The notes beneath the pieces were generated by a model, which was not told the origin of the DNA, searched no databases, and saw only the letters and a program-made list of their open reading frames with translations. The position numbers and the translations under genes are program-made. DNA of 37,263 bases. Source: Pirellulales bacterium. Its GTDB lineage: Bacteria; Planctomycetota; Planctomycetia; Pirellulales; JAICIG01. Positions 1 through 10,615 of the stretch are shown here, piece after piece (the first letter of the stretch is position 1; each line of letters starts with the position of its first letter). The stretch is from NCBI GenBank assembly GCA_040901675.1, contig JBBDYJ010000030.1, positions 78,424-115,686 of the forward strand, in the 5' to 3' direction.

Positions 1-278
1 AGCTTGCCGAAAGGCCCGCCTCGTCTCCTCGTTCTTCCTCGTTCTCTTTTCGTGCTTTTTTGTGCCTTTTCGTGGCCATCCTCCTCGTCCGTCGCTGCCT
101 TGAGCTTGTCGAAAGGCCCGCCTTGAGTTTGCACCTTGAGCTTGCCGAAAGGCCCGCCTCGTCTCCTCGTTCTTCCTCGTTCTCTTTTCGTGCCCCCGCC
201 TTGAGCCTGTCGAAAGGTCGTGCCTTTTCGTGGCCATCCTCCTCGTCCGTCGCTGCCTTGAGCTTGTCGAAAGGCCCG
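1..278. repeat. Cluster of REP-like units (CCTTGAGCTTG(C/T)CGAAAGG) with two internal ~55-bp direct repeats
   Basis: The unit appears about 5 times. 1-55 equals 139-193, and 63-120 equals 221-278. An inverted copy is at ~12345-12363 and a variant at ~29786-29804. Confidence 0.8.
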
Positions 279-380
279 TCCGTTCCCTGACTTCTGACCT
301 CTGGCTTCTGACCTCTGGCTCCTGTCCCCTTGTCCCCTTGTCTCCTTGTCGTGCCTTCCTTCCTGCCCCTGGAGCCCGGC

Positions 381-659
381 AGAACCGTTCAACTCGTAGC
401 GAGTCGCACGACCGTTTCGGTCGTTGTCGATCGATTCCTCCTTCCCCCTTTCCCCCGTTTCCCCTGGCGTAAACTTGGCCGCAGGCGGCTCACCGACCGA
501 AGATCCGTGGAAGGAGGTCGCCTTGTCGCAGGTCCGCCTCTGGCGGACCTTCTGCCTTCGTCCTTCTGCCTTCGTGTCCCCCCTTCTCCCCTTCCCCCGC
601 TCCCCCCTTCCTATTTTCGCGCCGGAGAACCGTTCAACTCGTATCCAGTCGCACGACCC
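381..659. repeat. 33-bp direct repeat AGAACCGTTCAACTCGTA(GCG/TCC)AGTCGCACGACC flanking low-complexity 7-8-mer tracts
   Basis: Copies at 381-413 and 627-659. Confidence 0.75.
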
Positions 660-806
660 TTGTCGCCGTTGCTATAGCTAAGAGAGGAAAATGGGAGCGA
701 CGTTAAGGGCTGGAAGCACGCCCCGTCGATACGACGTATAGTGTCCAGGGCGCCTAGAATCCCCAACTTTATTTTTTCACACTGAGTTTGCGAGGAGACC
801 TCCGTA

Positions 807-1130
807 ATGAAAGCCAGAGTCTTTTGTGCCATGGTGGTAGTGGGCAGCTTCTTTGTGCTGGCCGCTGCCGAAGCTCAGGCGTTTGAGCTGAGCCGTATTT
901 TCCGCGGCCGCGGCGGTTATGGCTGCTGCGAGCCGGAGCCCACCTGCTGCGAGCCCGAGCCGGTCCATTGCGAGCCGGAGCCCACCTGCTGCGAGCCGGA
1001 GCCGGACGATTGCTGCCGCTCGCATCGCCGCCCGGTGCGCGACTTCTTGAAGAAGTTGTTCCATCACGACCGCGGCTGCTGCGAGCCCGAGCCCACCTGC
1101 TGCGAGCCCGAGCCCACCTGCTGCCACTAA
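807..1130 (+). CDS. Secreted Cys-rich repeat protein (CCEPEPT repeats), planctomycete type
   Basis: GGAG RBS upstream, Sec signal peptide ending AEAQA, 15 Cys in the mature part arranged in 21-nt repeats, followed by a terminator. Confidence 0.8.
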   Translation: MKARVFCAMVVVGSFFVLAAAEAQAFELSRIFRGRGGYGCCEPEPTCCEPEPVHCEPEPTCCEPEPDDCCRSHRRPVRDFLKKLFHHDRGCCEPEPTCCEPEPTCCH

Positions 1131-1190
1131 GCGGACCGCCGCAATTCGGTTAACGCTTTCGAAGCGAACCGTCTTCTAGGTTACTCGACT

Positions 1191-1233
1191 AAACGGCCCC
1201 TTGCCCTCCCGGTAAGCGGGCCGTTTTTATTTT
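1191..1233 (+). terminator. Rho-independent terminator
   Basis: Hairpin AAACGGCCC-CTTGCC...GGTAAG-C-GGGCCGTTT followed by TTATTTT, 60 nt after the stop at 1130. It lies between convergent genes. Confidence 0.75.
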
Positions 1234-1395
1234 CCCTTCATCGCCCCCTCGCCTCATCGCCCCTCGCGGGTGCCTGGTGGCAAAGCGGACTTCGGCGAGC
1301 TCAGTCGAGTCGCGAGCTCAGTCGAGTCGTAGCGTGCCCCAGTCTTCGTCCTTCGCCCTTCTGCCTTCTGCCTTCTGCCTTCGTGTCCCCCTTCC

Positions 1396-2760
1396 CTACT
1401 CCACGCGCCGCCGCAGCTTCGGAAACAACTCCAGCGCGTTGTCCCGCAGAACCTGCCGGCCGATCCGCACGGCGTGCTCTTCCCGCAGCTCGCCCCGCTC
1501 CACCTTCTCGGCCAGCGCCTCGGCCAGGCACTGCCGCGTGAACTCAGTGGCGGCGTAGATCCCCTCGGCGTCGACCGTGTCGGCCCCCCACATGATCCGG
1601 TTCGAGGGGACCATCTCCAGCCATTCCTGGTAGGCCCGCTTGGCCATGGTGTAGCTCAGCATCGGCATCCATACCGAGTCGATCCACACGTTCTTATGCC
1701 GCATGGCGATCACGCCCGTTTCGCCCGTCCACGGGAACCCGCCGTGGAACAGCACGAAGCGCGTCCGCGGGTTCGCCTCGATCAGGTCCACCAGCAGCAT
1801 CGGGTTCGAGCCTTGCACCCGCGCCTGCCCGGTATGGATCTGAAACGGCAGCTCGTACTTCGCGCTCAGCCCCGTCACGTGCCAGAACATGAAGTCCTCG
1901 AACGCGCGCTGCTCCTCGGGGCTTAACTGGCTCCGAGGCCGCCCGAACAGCGACGCGGCCTCCTCCCGCGGCACATTCTCGAACCGCAGCGTCCGCTCGT
2001 ACGCCAGCGTCGACTTCAAGCAGGCCGCGTCGGCGGCCACCGCCTTGGCGAAGATCGCCTCGATCACCGCCAGGTAGTCGTCCAGCGTGTCGACCGTCAT
2101 CCCTTCCCGCTTGGCGAACTCGAACGGGCTGTCCGAGGCGCTGGCGAACTGGCCGGGGTGCGTTCCCTTGACCAGTTGCGTGACGTTGAGCACGGGGACG
2201 GAGAACTCGTATTCTCGTTCGAACCCCAGCCGGTTCCAGTATGGGTCGATGAACATCAGCTCGATGTTGGCCCGCTTGGTGACCACCTCCTCCAGCCATG
2301 TCGAATCCTGGTAGTTGGCGAAGATGCGGTCGTTCAGCTCGCGGGCCTGCTCGGCCGTGATCGTCTCGAAGTCGACGCCGTACAGGTCGCGGAAGGCGGG
2401 CAGCAGGTAGCGGTAGAAGCTGGTCGCCCGGGCATCGGCGAAGTCGTGTTGCGCCCGCTCCCACCAGGCTTCGAACGGTTTCCCGGCCGGCCACGGCGAC
2501 AGCGGGTTGGTCCAGGTGTAGTAGCTGCCTCGCCAGACGCTGTGCAGCGTCATCCCGCGCCCCTTGTCCGTTGCGTCCATGAATGGCAACTGCGCAAACG
2601 GCCGCAGGTGGTCGTGCGTATCGATCGCCCTGACCGCGTCGATCGACTTTTTCAGCCGCGCATACACCGGCGTTTTCTTGACGTCGTCTCCCTTCGCCTC
2701 CCCTCCAACCAGCGCCACCACCACCACCACCAGCGTGCAGATTCTCATCGTCTTGTTCAT
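1396..2760 (-). CDS. Amidohydrolase family protein (Amidohydro_2 / uronate isomerase-like TIM barrel) with signal peptide
   Basis: Metal-binding motifs IDTHDH, FQIHTG, LFHGGFPW and IMWGAD; hydrophobic N-terminus. Confidence 0.85.
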   Translation of the reverse strand: MNKTMRICTLVVVVVALVGGEAKGDDVKKTPVYARLKKSIDAVRAIDTHDHLRPFAQLPFMDATDKGRGMTLHSVWRGSYYTWTNPLSPWPAGKPFEAWWERAQHDFADARATSFYRYLLPAFRDLYGVDFETITAEQARELNDRIFANYQDSTWLEEVVTKRANIELMFIDPYWNRLGFEREYEFSVPVLNVTQLVKGTHPGQFASASDSPFEFAKREGMTVDTLDDYLAVIEAIFAKAVAADAACLKSTLAYERTLRFENVPREEAASLFGRPRSQLSPEEQRAFEDFMFWHVTGLSAKYELPFQIHTGQARVQGSNPMLLVDLIEANPRTRFVLFHGGFPWTGETGVIAMRHKNVWIDSVWMPMLSYTMAKRAYQEWLEMVPSNRIMWGADTVDAEGIYAATEFTRQCLAEALAEKVERGELREEHAVRIGRQVLRDNALELFPKLRRRVE

Positions 2761-2884
2761 CTGGTCTTTCTCACCTGGTCTTCGTCTATCAACCGATTCT
2801 CTCGACCCAGCCCCTCACCATCCTAATCGCCGCCCCACCTGGAAACCAAAAACCCACGCCGACGCCACCCCCTCGCCCGTAGAG

Positions 2885-3036
2885 CGCACGATGGTTGCCA
2901 GGGACTTCAGTCCCTGGATGGTTGCCCCACCCTATTTTCTTTCCCGCCCGGCAGGGCGCACGATGGTTGCCAGGGACTTCAGTCCCTGGATGGTTGCCCC
3001 ACCCTACTCTCTCTTTCCGCCCGGCAGGGCGCACGT
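2885..3036. repeat. Tandem REP-like element (GCGCACGATGGTTGCCAGGGACTTCAGTCCCTGG...), 2 copies
   Basis: Palindromic core CCAGGGAC-TTCA-GTCCCTGG repeated at ~70-bp spacing. An inverted copy is at ~26762-26853. Confidence 0.8.
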
Positions 3037-3116
3037 GCCCTTCTACTTTTTCTCTTGGATTTCAACTATCCTGAAAGCCATCCCACACCCGCCGCTCCCT
3101 CAACACCAATTCCACC

Positions 3117-6100
3117 ATGCCCCGCTCCGTCCAGCTCCTGGTTTTCTTCTCCGCGATCATCCTGCCGCTCCCCCCGGCCGCCGCCAAAACACCGGTCGGC
3201 GTGGCCGCGGTCGACATCACCCCCGACTACCCGATCCGCCTGAACGGCTTCGGCTTCCGCCGCGACGAATCCGAAGGAGTCCGGCAGCGTATCTGGGCCA
3301 AGGCCCTGGCCATCGGCGGCGACGCGGACGGCCCGCTCGTCCTCATCGCTTGCGACACGCTCGGTGTTCCCAATCCGCTCGTCGAGGAGCTGGCCGCCCG
3401 GCTGAAGGCCGACGCCCGCATCGACCGCAGCCGCCTGGCCGTCACCGCCACGCACACTCACACCGGGCCGATGGTCAACAACGTCTCCCCGACCATCTTC
3501 AGCATGCCGATCCCGCCCGAGCACCAGGCCCACATCGATCGCTACACCGCCGAGCTCAAGGAGCATCTCTACCAGGTCGCCATGGCCGCCTTGAAAGACC
3601 GCCGGCCGGCCACGCTCGCCTGGGGACTGGGCAGCGTCCGCTTCGCCGCCAACCGCCGCGCGGCCGGCGGGCCCGTCGATCACGACCTGCCGCTCTTGGC
3701 CGTCAAAAGCCCCGACGGCCAACTCCGGGCCGTCTATGTCAACTACGCCTGCCACTGCGTCAGCCTCTCCGACAATCAGATCAGCGGCGACTGGGCCGGC
3801 TATGCCCAGGAGCTGATCCAGCGGGCCCACCCCGGCGCCGCGGCCCTGGTCTCGATCGGCTGCGGCGCCGACGCCAATCCCTCCACCGGCGTCAGCGGCG
3901 ACAAGGCCGAGGTCGCCGAAAAGCACGGCCTCGAAATCGCCCAGGAAGTCGGCCGCCTGCTCGACGGCGAGCTCGTCCCCCTCACCGGCCCCATCGCCGC
4001 CCAGCTCGAGCGGATCGTCCTGCCGCTGGCGCCGCTCCCCTCGCGCGACGAGTGGGAGGCCCGCGCCAAAGACAAAGAACAGTCGCCCGTCGCCCACCAC
4101 GCCCGCACCCAGTTGGCCAGGCTCGACGCCGGCCAGGAGCTGCTCTCCGAGATCAGCTACCCGATCCAGACCTGGACGTTCGGCGACGCGCTGGCCATGG
4201 TCTTCCTGCCCGGCGAAGTCGTGGTCGACTACTCCCTGCGTCTCAAGCGCGAGCTGGATGGCCGGCGGCTCTGGATCAACGCCTATGCCAACGGCTGCCC
4301 TGGCTACATCCCCTCCGAACGCATCCTCCGCGAAGGCGGCTACGAAGGCGGCGGCGCCATGGTCTACTACGACATCCCCGGCCCCTACGCCCCCGGCCTC
4401 GAAGACAACATCGTGGCCGTCGTCCGCGACCAGCTCGGCGAGGGGTTCAAGCCGCCCGTCGATCCAACCAAGACCCAGGGCGTCCTCCCGCGCTCGCCGC
4501 AACAATCGCTGGCCGCCCTGCGGACCAAACCCGACCTCGCCGTCGAGCTCGTCGCCGCCGAACCGCTCATCGCCAGCCCGGTGGCCATCGACTTCGGCCC
4601 CGATGGCCGCGTCTGGGTGGCTGAGATGTACGACTATCCCAGCGGCGCCGACAACAACTTCACTCCGGGCGGACGCGTCAAGTTCCTCGAAGACACCGAT
4701 GGCGACGGCCGGCTCGACCGCGCCACCACCTTCCTCGAAGACATTCCCTTCCCCACCGGCGTCACCGTCTGGCGAGGCGGCCTGCTCGTCTGTGCCGCCC
4801 CCGACATCCTCTATGCCGAAGATACCGACGGCGACGGCCGCGCCGACCAGGTCCAAAAGCTCTACAGCGGTTTCGCCACGCACAACTACCAGGGCCGCGT
4901 CAACAGCCTCGAGTATGGCCTCGACGGCTGGGTCCACGGCTCCGCCGGCCTGTTCGGCGGCGAGATCGCCAGCTTCCGCGGCGGCGACCCATTGCTGCTC
5001 AGCCAGCGCGACTTCCGCATCCGCCCCGACGCCGGTCAGATCGAGCCCGCCGCCGGCGCCGCCCAGCAGGGACGCGTCCGCGACGATTGGGCCAACTGGT
5101 TTGGCTGCAACAGCGGCATGCTCGTCGAGCACTATCCCATGCCCGACCACTATCTCCGCCGCAACCCCAACGCCGTCCCGCCCGCCCCGGCCGTCCCTGT
5201 TCTCAGAGGCCCTGATCTCAGCGGCCCCGACCCCGGCCGCCTGTTCCCCATCTCCGACACCGTCCTCTTCAAGCTCTCCGGCCCGCCCGGCGGCGTGACG
5301 GCGGCCTGCGGACTGGGCATCTACCGCGACGACCTGCTCGGCAGCCAGTACACCGGCAACGCCTTCACCTGCGAACCGGTCAACAATCTCGTCCACCGCC
5401 GCCTGCTCATGCCCGACGGCATCACCTTCAAGGCCGTCCGCGCCGGCGACGAGGCGGCCTCGGAGTTCTTGGCCTCCACCGACCCCTGGTTCCGCCCCGT
5501 CCAGGTCCGCACCGCTCCCGACGGCGCCCTCTGGGTGGTCGACATGTACCGCTACGTCATCGAGCACCCGATCTGGATTCCACCCGAGACGCTCCGCGAG
5601 CTCGACGTGCGGGCGGGCGCCGACATGGGCCGCATCTATCGCGTGGTGCCTCGCGACGGCCGGCCCCGCCAGCCGCTGCGTCTCGACCGGCTCGATACGA
5701 TCCAACTCGTCGCCGCGCTGGACAGCCCCAACGCTCCCCAGCGCGATCAGGCGATGCAGCAGTTGCTCTGGCGCGGCGACGACCCCGCCGTCGCCGAGCA
5801 AGCCGCCGCGCCGCTGGAGCAACTGGCCCGGCAAAGCTCGCGGCCCGAGACGCGCCTCCAGGCGCTCTGCACGCTCGACGGCCTGGGCGCGCTGGAGCCA
5901 CCGACGATCGCCGCTGCGCTCTCCGACGAATCCTCCGGCGTCCGCCGCCACGCGGTCCGTCTTGCCGAAAGACATCTCGCCGACTCCGCCAAAGTCGACC
6001 GCGAGCTGGCCGCCTCCCTGCTCGCCAGGTTGGACGACGCCGATCCCCAGGTGCAGCTCCAGTTCGCTTTCACTCTCGGCCATTGGAACGACCCCCGCGC

Positions 6101-8760
6101 CGCCCGCGCCCTGGCCTCGCTGGCCATCCAGCATCAATCGAACCGCCACCTGGCCGCGGCCGTGCTCAGCTCGCTCAACCGCGGCAATGTCGACAGCATC
6201 CTGGCGGCAGTTTTGGAGCCTGGCCGCGCCGATTCGGTTCAGCCCGCCTTGCTCGAACAGATGTTCGTCCAGGCGGCCTCGCTCGCCGACGATGCGGTTG
6301 TCCGCCGGCTGCTCGGCGATTTGCTCCAGCCGCGCGATGGAACTTTCCAGAATCAACAGCTTTCCACCGCTACCTCCATGCTCGCCGCGCTGGTCCGAAT
6401 GAAGCGGCCGCCCGATCAGTTGATTGACGACCGGCTGCGCCGCGAGCTCGCCGCGCTCGTCGACCACGCCCGCGCCGTGGCTGCCGACGTCGACTTGCCC
6501 GACGAAGCGCGGATTGTGGCTCTGCGGTTCCTCGGCCAGGCCTCGCCTGCCGCCGCCGGCGCCCAGCGCGACGCCGACCTGGCCGCCGGACTGCTCGTTC
6601 CCCGCAGCTCGCCGGCCCTGCAGTCGGCCGCCGTCGCCATGCTCGCCCAGTTGGCAGGCCCCGACCTGCCACGGCGGCTGCTCTCCGGATGGCAGTCGCA
6701 CGGTCCCCAGCTTCGCGGCCAGATCATCGACCTGCTCTTGAGCCGCGCCGACTGGACCACCGCCCTGCTCGACGCCCTCGAACAGGCCTCCTCGCCCATG
6801 CAGGCTGCCGATTCCTCCTTCCTCCTTCCTCCTTCCTCCTTCCTCCTTTGCTCTCGACCTCGTCCGGCAGCAGCGCCTCACGCAGCATCCCGACCAGGCG
6901 ATCCGCGAGCGGGCCCTGGCTCTGTTCGCCAAGCCGGGCGACGGCGATCGGCAGCGGATCGTCGAGCAATATACGGCCGCCCTCGACCTGACGGCCGACC
7001 TGGTCCGCGGCAAGGCCGTCTTCGAAAAACGCTGCGCCGCCTGCCACCGGCTGGATGGCGTCGGCCACGAAGTGGGGGCCGACCTCGGCCCCTACGCCGC
7101 CAAGCCGGCCCAGGCCTTGCTCATCGCCCTGTTCGATCCCAACCAGGCGGTCGATCCCCGCTACCACAGCTACGTGGCGGCCTTGACCGACGGCCGCGTC
7201 CTCACCGGCACCATCATCGACGAAACCGGCACCAGCCTGACGCTGGTCTCGCCGGAGGGCAAAAAGCAGCCGGTCCTGCGGGCCGACATCGACGAGCTGG
7301 CCAACACCGGCAAATCGCTGATGCCCGAAGGTTTCGAGCGCGAGCTTTCGCTCCAGGACACGGCCGACCTCGTCTTCTGGTTCTCCCGCCTGCGCTCGCC
7401 GCCCAAGGCGCTCGCCGGCAATCAGCCGACGCTCGCCGGGCCCGCCGCCGACGGCAGCCTGGCATTGACCGCCGCCCAGGCCGAGATCCGCGGCCAGGAC
7501 ATCACGTTCGAAGAGCATTTTGGCAACGTCGGCTATTGGCACGGCCCTGACGACCACGTCCGCTGGCAGGTCGAGCTGCCGCGTGCAACGTCGCTCGACG
7601 TCTGGCTCGACTGGTCGTGCGCCGCCGACTCGGCCGGCAACCTTTTCGTGATCCAGGCCGGCGGCGAGGAGCTGCAGGGCACCGTCGAATCGACCGGCGG
7701 TTGGGACCGCTACCGGCAGGCGCGCGTCGGCTCGATCGACCTGCCCGCCGGCCAGGCGGAGATCACCGTTCGCCCGGCAGGCCCCTTGAATCGGGCCCTG
7801 TTCGACTTGCGTGCCGTGTATCTCATGCCTCCCGGCCAGGCTCCGCAGCTCGCCCAGGCCGGCGCCCGCGAGCCCAAGGACCCGGCCTCCCTGGCCCGTT
7901 ACCTCTTGAACAATTCGCACCCCGCCGGCCAGCGAGCCGAGCGGATCGACGCCACGGCCGGCGTGGCCGCGGAGGTCTTGGCCGTGATGGTGGCCGACCT
8001 GACGCCCGGCGCGAACGAGCGCAGCCGCAAGGAAGAATACCGCCGCATCCCCTGGATCTGGCGCGTCTCGATCGCGGCCGGCCGCCGCAACGACCCCCGC
8101 GAGCTGCGTGCCCTGTTGAACGTCGCCTTGCCCAAGCCCGGCGAGCCGATGCACGACTGGCAGGCCGTCGCGATCGGCGGCGGCCTCATCAACGGCATCA
8201 GCCTCGCCGGCCCCTGGCCCCGCGCCCAGCTCGAAAAGCTTCTCGACCGACAACCAGAACCCCCTTCCACCTCCCCACCCCAACCCGGAACTGAGTCCGG
8301 CAACAAACCCGGCGCCAAGCCCAGCTCCGTCGATCCCTTGTTGACCCGTTGGCGTCGTTCGATCGAGTTGGCCGTGGCGATGGCCGACGACGAGCAGGTA
8401 CCGGCCGGCACGCGTTACGACGCCTTGCGGATGGTGGCCATGCAAGACTGGGAAGCGTGTCACCAGCAGCTCACCAAATACCTGGCCAAGGGCATTCACG
8501 ACGAGTTACAGATGGGCGCCATCAGCGGCCTGTCCGACATCCCCTCGCCCCAGGTTGCCGCCGCGCTGCTTTCCGGCATCGCCCACTACAGCGAATCGAA
8601 CCGCAATCTCGCCTTCGACGCCCTCTTGCGCACCTCCGATCGCGCCCGCGCGTTGCGCGCCGCTCTTTCTTCCGGCGTCGTGACCTCCCAGCAGCTCGGC
8701 CCCGATCGCGTCCAGGCCCTGAAGGCAGAAGTCAGAGGTCAGGAGTCAGAGGTCAAGTAG
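3117..8760 (+). pseudogene. Giant PVC-type heme-binding CxxCH membrane-bound dehydrogenase with an N-terminal neutral/alkaline ceramidase-like domain, HEAT-like repeats and a carbohydrate-binding-like module; frameshifted at 6812-6846 (about 1878 aa if the frame is restored)
   Basis: The frame starting at 3117 gives a signal peptide, ceramidase-like THTHTGP and YACHC motifs, a propeller (VELVAAEPLIASPVAIDFGPDGRVWVAEM, FRPVQVRTAPDGALWVVDMYR) and HEAT-like helices. After the repeat, the frame of ORF 7072 reads FALDLVRQQRLTQHPD...GKAVFEKRCAACH (7033-7047)...GADL...SLMPEG...STGGWDRY to the stop at 8760. Confidence 0.85.
6812..6846 (+). repeat. Intragenic heptamer tract (TTCCTCC)5 causing the frameshift
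   Basis: Five exact units; the coding frame changes across the tract. Confidence 0.9.
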
Positions 8761-9020
8761 GACGGCCTTCCCAGGCCGTCTATCCGTAAGCGCTCATCAC
8801 GCTCCGCGTGATGCAGCGTTTGTAGCGGGACTCGCCAGAGTTCCGGCCGTCTCCCTCTCGCAGGGGTCATTTGTCATTTGTCATTGGTCACTGGTCATTG
8901 GTCACTGGCTAGTGGGTCCTTCCTTCCTCCTTCTGCCTTCTGCCTTCTGCCTTCTGCCTTCTGCCTTTGTCTCCCTTGTCGTGTCTCGCCCCCTTGCCCC
9001 CTCTCCTCATCGCCTCATCG
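8757..9020. repeat. Composite intergenic repeat block: REP-like GTAGGACGGCCTTCCCAGGCCGTC, CATCACGCTCCGCGTGATG and GTAGCGGGACTCGCCAGAGTTCCG, plus GTCATTG and CCTTCTG heptamer arrays
   Basis: The first palindrome recurs at 29721-29744. 8822-8890 recurs inverted at 26915-26983. Confidence 0.8.
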
Positions 9021-9033
9021 TGATTCCTGGCCC

Positions 9034-9393
9034 TCACCGGCTTAGCACGCGAACCAGCTCACGGCGGGCAACCCAAATCATGGCTGCCGCGGCGGACGTG
9101 GGGATCAAGAACAACTCCCCAATTTCAAGCAGTGTGAGAGGAAAGCCAAGCTGGTAGCACTCGATTGCCACCTGGATGCTCATATACGTCACCACCAGAG
9201 CCGCCACCAGAGCTGGCATCACTGGGCTTAAGAGGACAAGGTACAGTGCCAGGCTAATTCCCTCCCGCGACTTGAACCGGGCAGCGGCTTCGCGCCATGT
9301 GGGCCGGGGGATCCCTTCTTCGCCCTTCGGCGCCCTGTACGGGTTCTCGGCCTGGCGGTCGTCGGTCTGATCGGTCGGAATCATTGGAGGCAT
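9034..9393 (-). CDS. Small membrane protein with an N-terminal ENPYRAP motif
   Basis: NPYxxP motif typical of planctomycete membrane proteins, plus two hydrophobic segments. Confidence 0.6.
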   Translation of the reverse strand: MPPMIPTDQTDDRQAENPYRAPKGEEGIPRPTWREAAARFKSREGISLALYLVLLSPVMPALVAALVVTYMSIQVAIECYQLGFPLTLLEIGELFLIPTSAAAAMIWVARRELVRVLSR

Positions 9394-9439
9394 GCGTCAT
9401 CGTCGTGCTGGTCAATGCGGACCTGTCAGTCCTCGCTGG

Positions 9440-9566
9440 TCACGGTTGCGCCACGAACGTGGAGCTCGCGGCGATTTCCTGGGCGATGATTTTTTGAGCG
9501 GACTTGTCTGCCGGCCAATCCACCACGTGGGCATGATTCGGATTGAAGGTGTGCCGGATCGATCAT
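9440..9566 (-). pseudogene. Internally deleted third gene of a TIGR04255-type cassette
   Basis: Its ATG overlaps the upstream stop (ATGA at 9563-9566) and reads MIDPAH. A different frame then carries NPNHAHVVDWPADKSAQKIIAQEIAASSTFVAQP to a stop at 9440. Confidence 0.5.
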
Positions 9567-9924
9567 GCCGAATACACGCGTCTAATAAGATCCAGAATCG
9601 AGTTGGGAACTTCTCCGAAGTACGCTTCCGTTCCGTACACACGGCCAGGACCGAACAGCCCGGCGTAATGCAGTTCGTCATCGGGGCTCACGCTCACCGA
9701 GAGAGTCCGCCGTCCAGAACGGTGCCATTCCAGAGTCAGGTGGCCGTCCGGCTCCGCACCGATCGACGGTGCAGGAAATCCGATCGGCAGCGACTCCAGG
9801 AAGGAATACGCGTTTCGTAGCGTGTCCTGGCTCACGGCCGCCGCCTGGCAGCCGTCCCAGTTCTCCAGGCGGCATTCCGCCCAAACGGTCGCTAACTCTT
9901 CTCGCAACAAGCTTTCAGTTCCAA
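9563..9924 (-). pseudogene. Hypothetical protein of the type found downstream of TIGR04255 genes, N-terminus lost
   Basis: ENWDG..A..VS...L..A..FLESLP...PAPSIGAEPDGHLTLEW pattern. The upstream part of the ORF track call 9563..10024 overlaps the TIGR04255 fragment in another frame. Confidence 0.55.
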
Positions 9925-10110
9925 CTGGTGCTGAGGACGGCACTCCGGGTAGTTGGGCAGCTCCTCCGTCAAATGCTGCCGAAGCTGCTCTGAATCGGGC
10001 CACTTCGTCGCCCTGGCCCGCCACTGGATCACCGCCTCCGCAATCGGCGCAGCCGCCAAGTGCGGGAACTTCTCGCCAAAGTCGAGCAGGAAGCCTTGTG
10101 CCAGGTTCAT
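9892..10110 (-). pseudogene. TIGR04255 family protein, N-terminal fragment
   Basis: AGGAG RBS then MNLAQ...FPHLAAAPIAEAVIQWR, matching the family N-terminal L..API.EAV...R motif as recalled. Only 72 aa long. Confidence 0.55.
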
Positions 10111-10117
10111 GTTGCTC

Positions 10118-10342
10118 CTATCCGTCTACACCACAGTATACAGTTGGCAACCCCCCCCGCTCACCCCCCGCCCGCAGGCAATAGACTTCGTGGGACGGCC
10201 GAGGCCGTCGAGACGGGCTGGGAAGCCCATCGTCGTCGGCTCCCGGCGACGACTCCGCAATCCAAGCCAGATCGTGGCCTGCTTGCCGCACAGTCTCGAC
10301 CACTTCGCCGGGTACGTTCTCGTTCGCCAGAAACTTGGCCAT
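10118..10342 (-). pseudogene. Truncated DUF5615 (PIN-like, VapC45-type) toxin
   Basis: MAKFLANENVPGEVVETVRQAGHD...SPGADDD is the DUF5615 N-terminus. Similarity stops at ~10229, where a REP-like palindrome begins. Confidence 0.75.
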
Positions 10343-10345
10343 GTG

Positions 10346-10576
10346 TCACACCGGCAATGGGTACACGTGCTCCTGCTTCACCGTCTCGGTGGCATAGTGC
10401 AGCGCCGCTTGCATGTCTTCCCTCGTCAAGTGTGGGTAATTCTTGAGGATCTGCTCGTGAGTCCAGCCATTCGCCAGAAGCTCCATGAGGAACTCGACCG
10501 CGATGCGCGTCCCCTTGATGACCGGCTTGCCCACCAGCACCTTGGGGTCCACGCTGATTCGATCTTGCCATTCCAT
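10346..10576 (-). CDS. DUF433 domain antitoxin (VapB45-type)
   Basis: RISVDPKVLVGKPVIKGTRIAV...EQILKNYPHLTREDMQAALHYA; GGAAAGGA RBS before the ATG at 10576. Confidence 0.9.
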   Translation of the reverse strand: MEWQDRISVDPKVLVGKPVIKGTRIAVEFLMELLANGWTHEQILKNYPHLTREDMQAALHYATETVKQEHVYPLPV

Positions 10577-10615
10577 ACGTTTGTCCTTTCCAGGCGGCCT
10601 GTTGCAGATCTCCGG

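Noticed and set aside
1..660. Possible CRISPR array
   Set aside because: Spacing is irregular, the intervening sequences are themselves duplicated or low-complexity, and no cas genes are present.
6847..7550. C-terminal ~230 aa of the 1477-aa ORF
   Set aside because: Out-of-frame Arg/Pro-rich read-through after the heptamer tract. The real domain (CAACH) is in another frame.
3066..8499. Long minus-strand ORFs 3066..7013 (1315 aa) and 6724..8499
   Set aside because: Antisense shadows of the GC-rich heme-protein gene, with no motifs.
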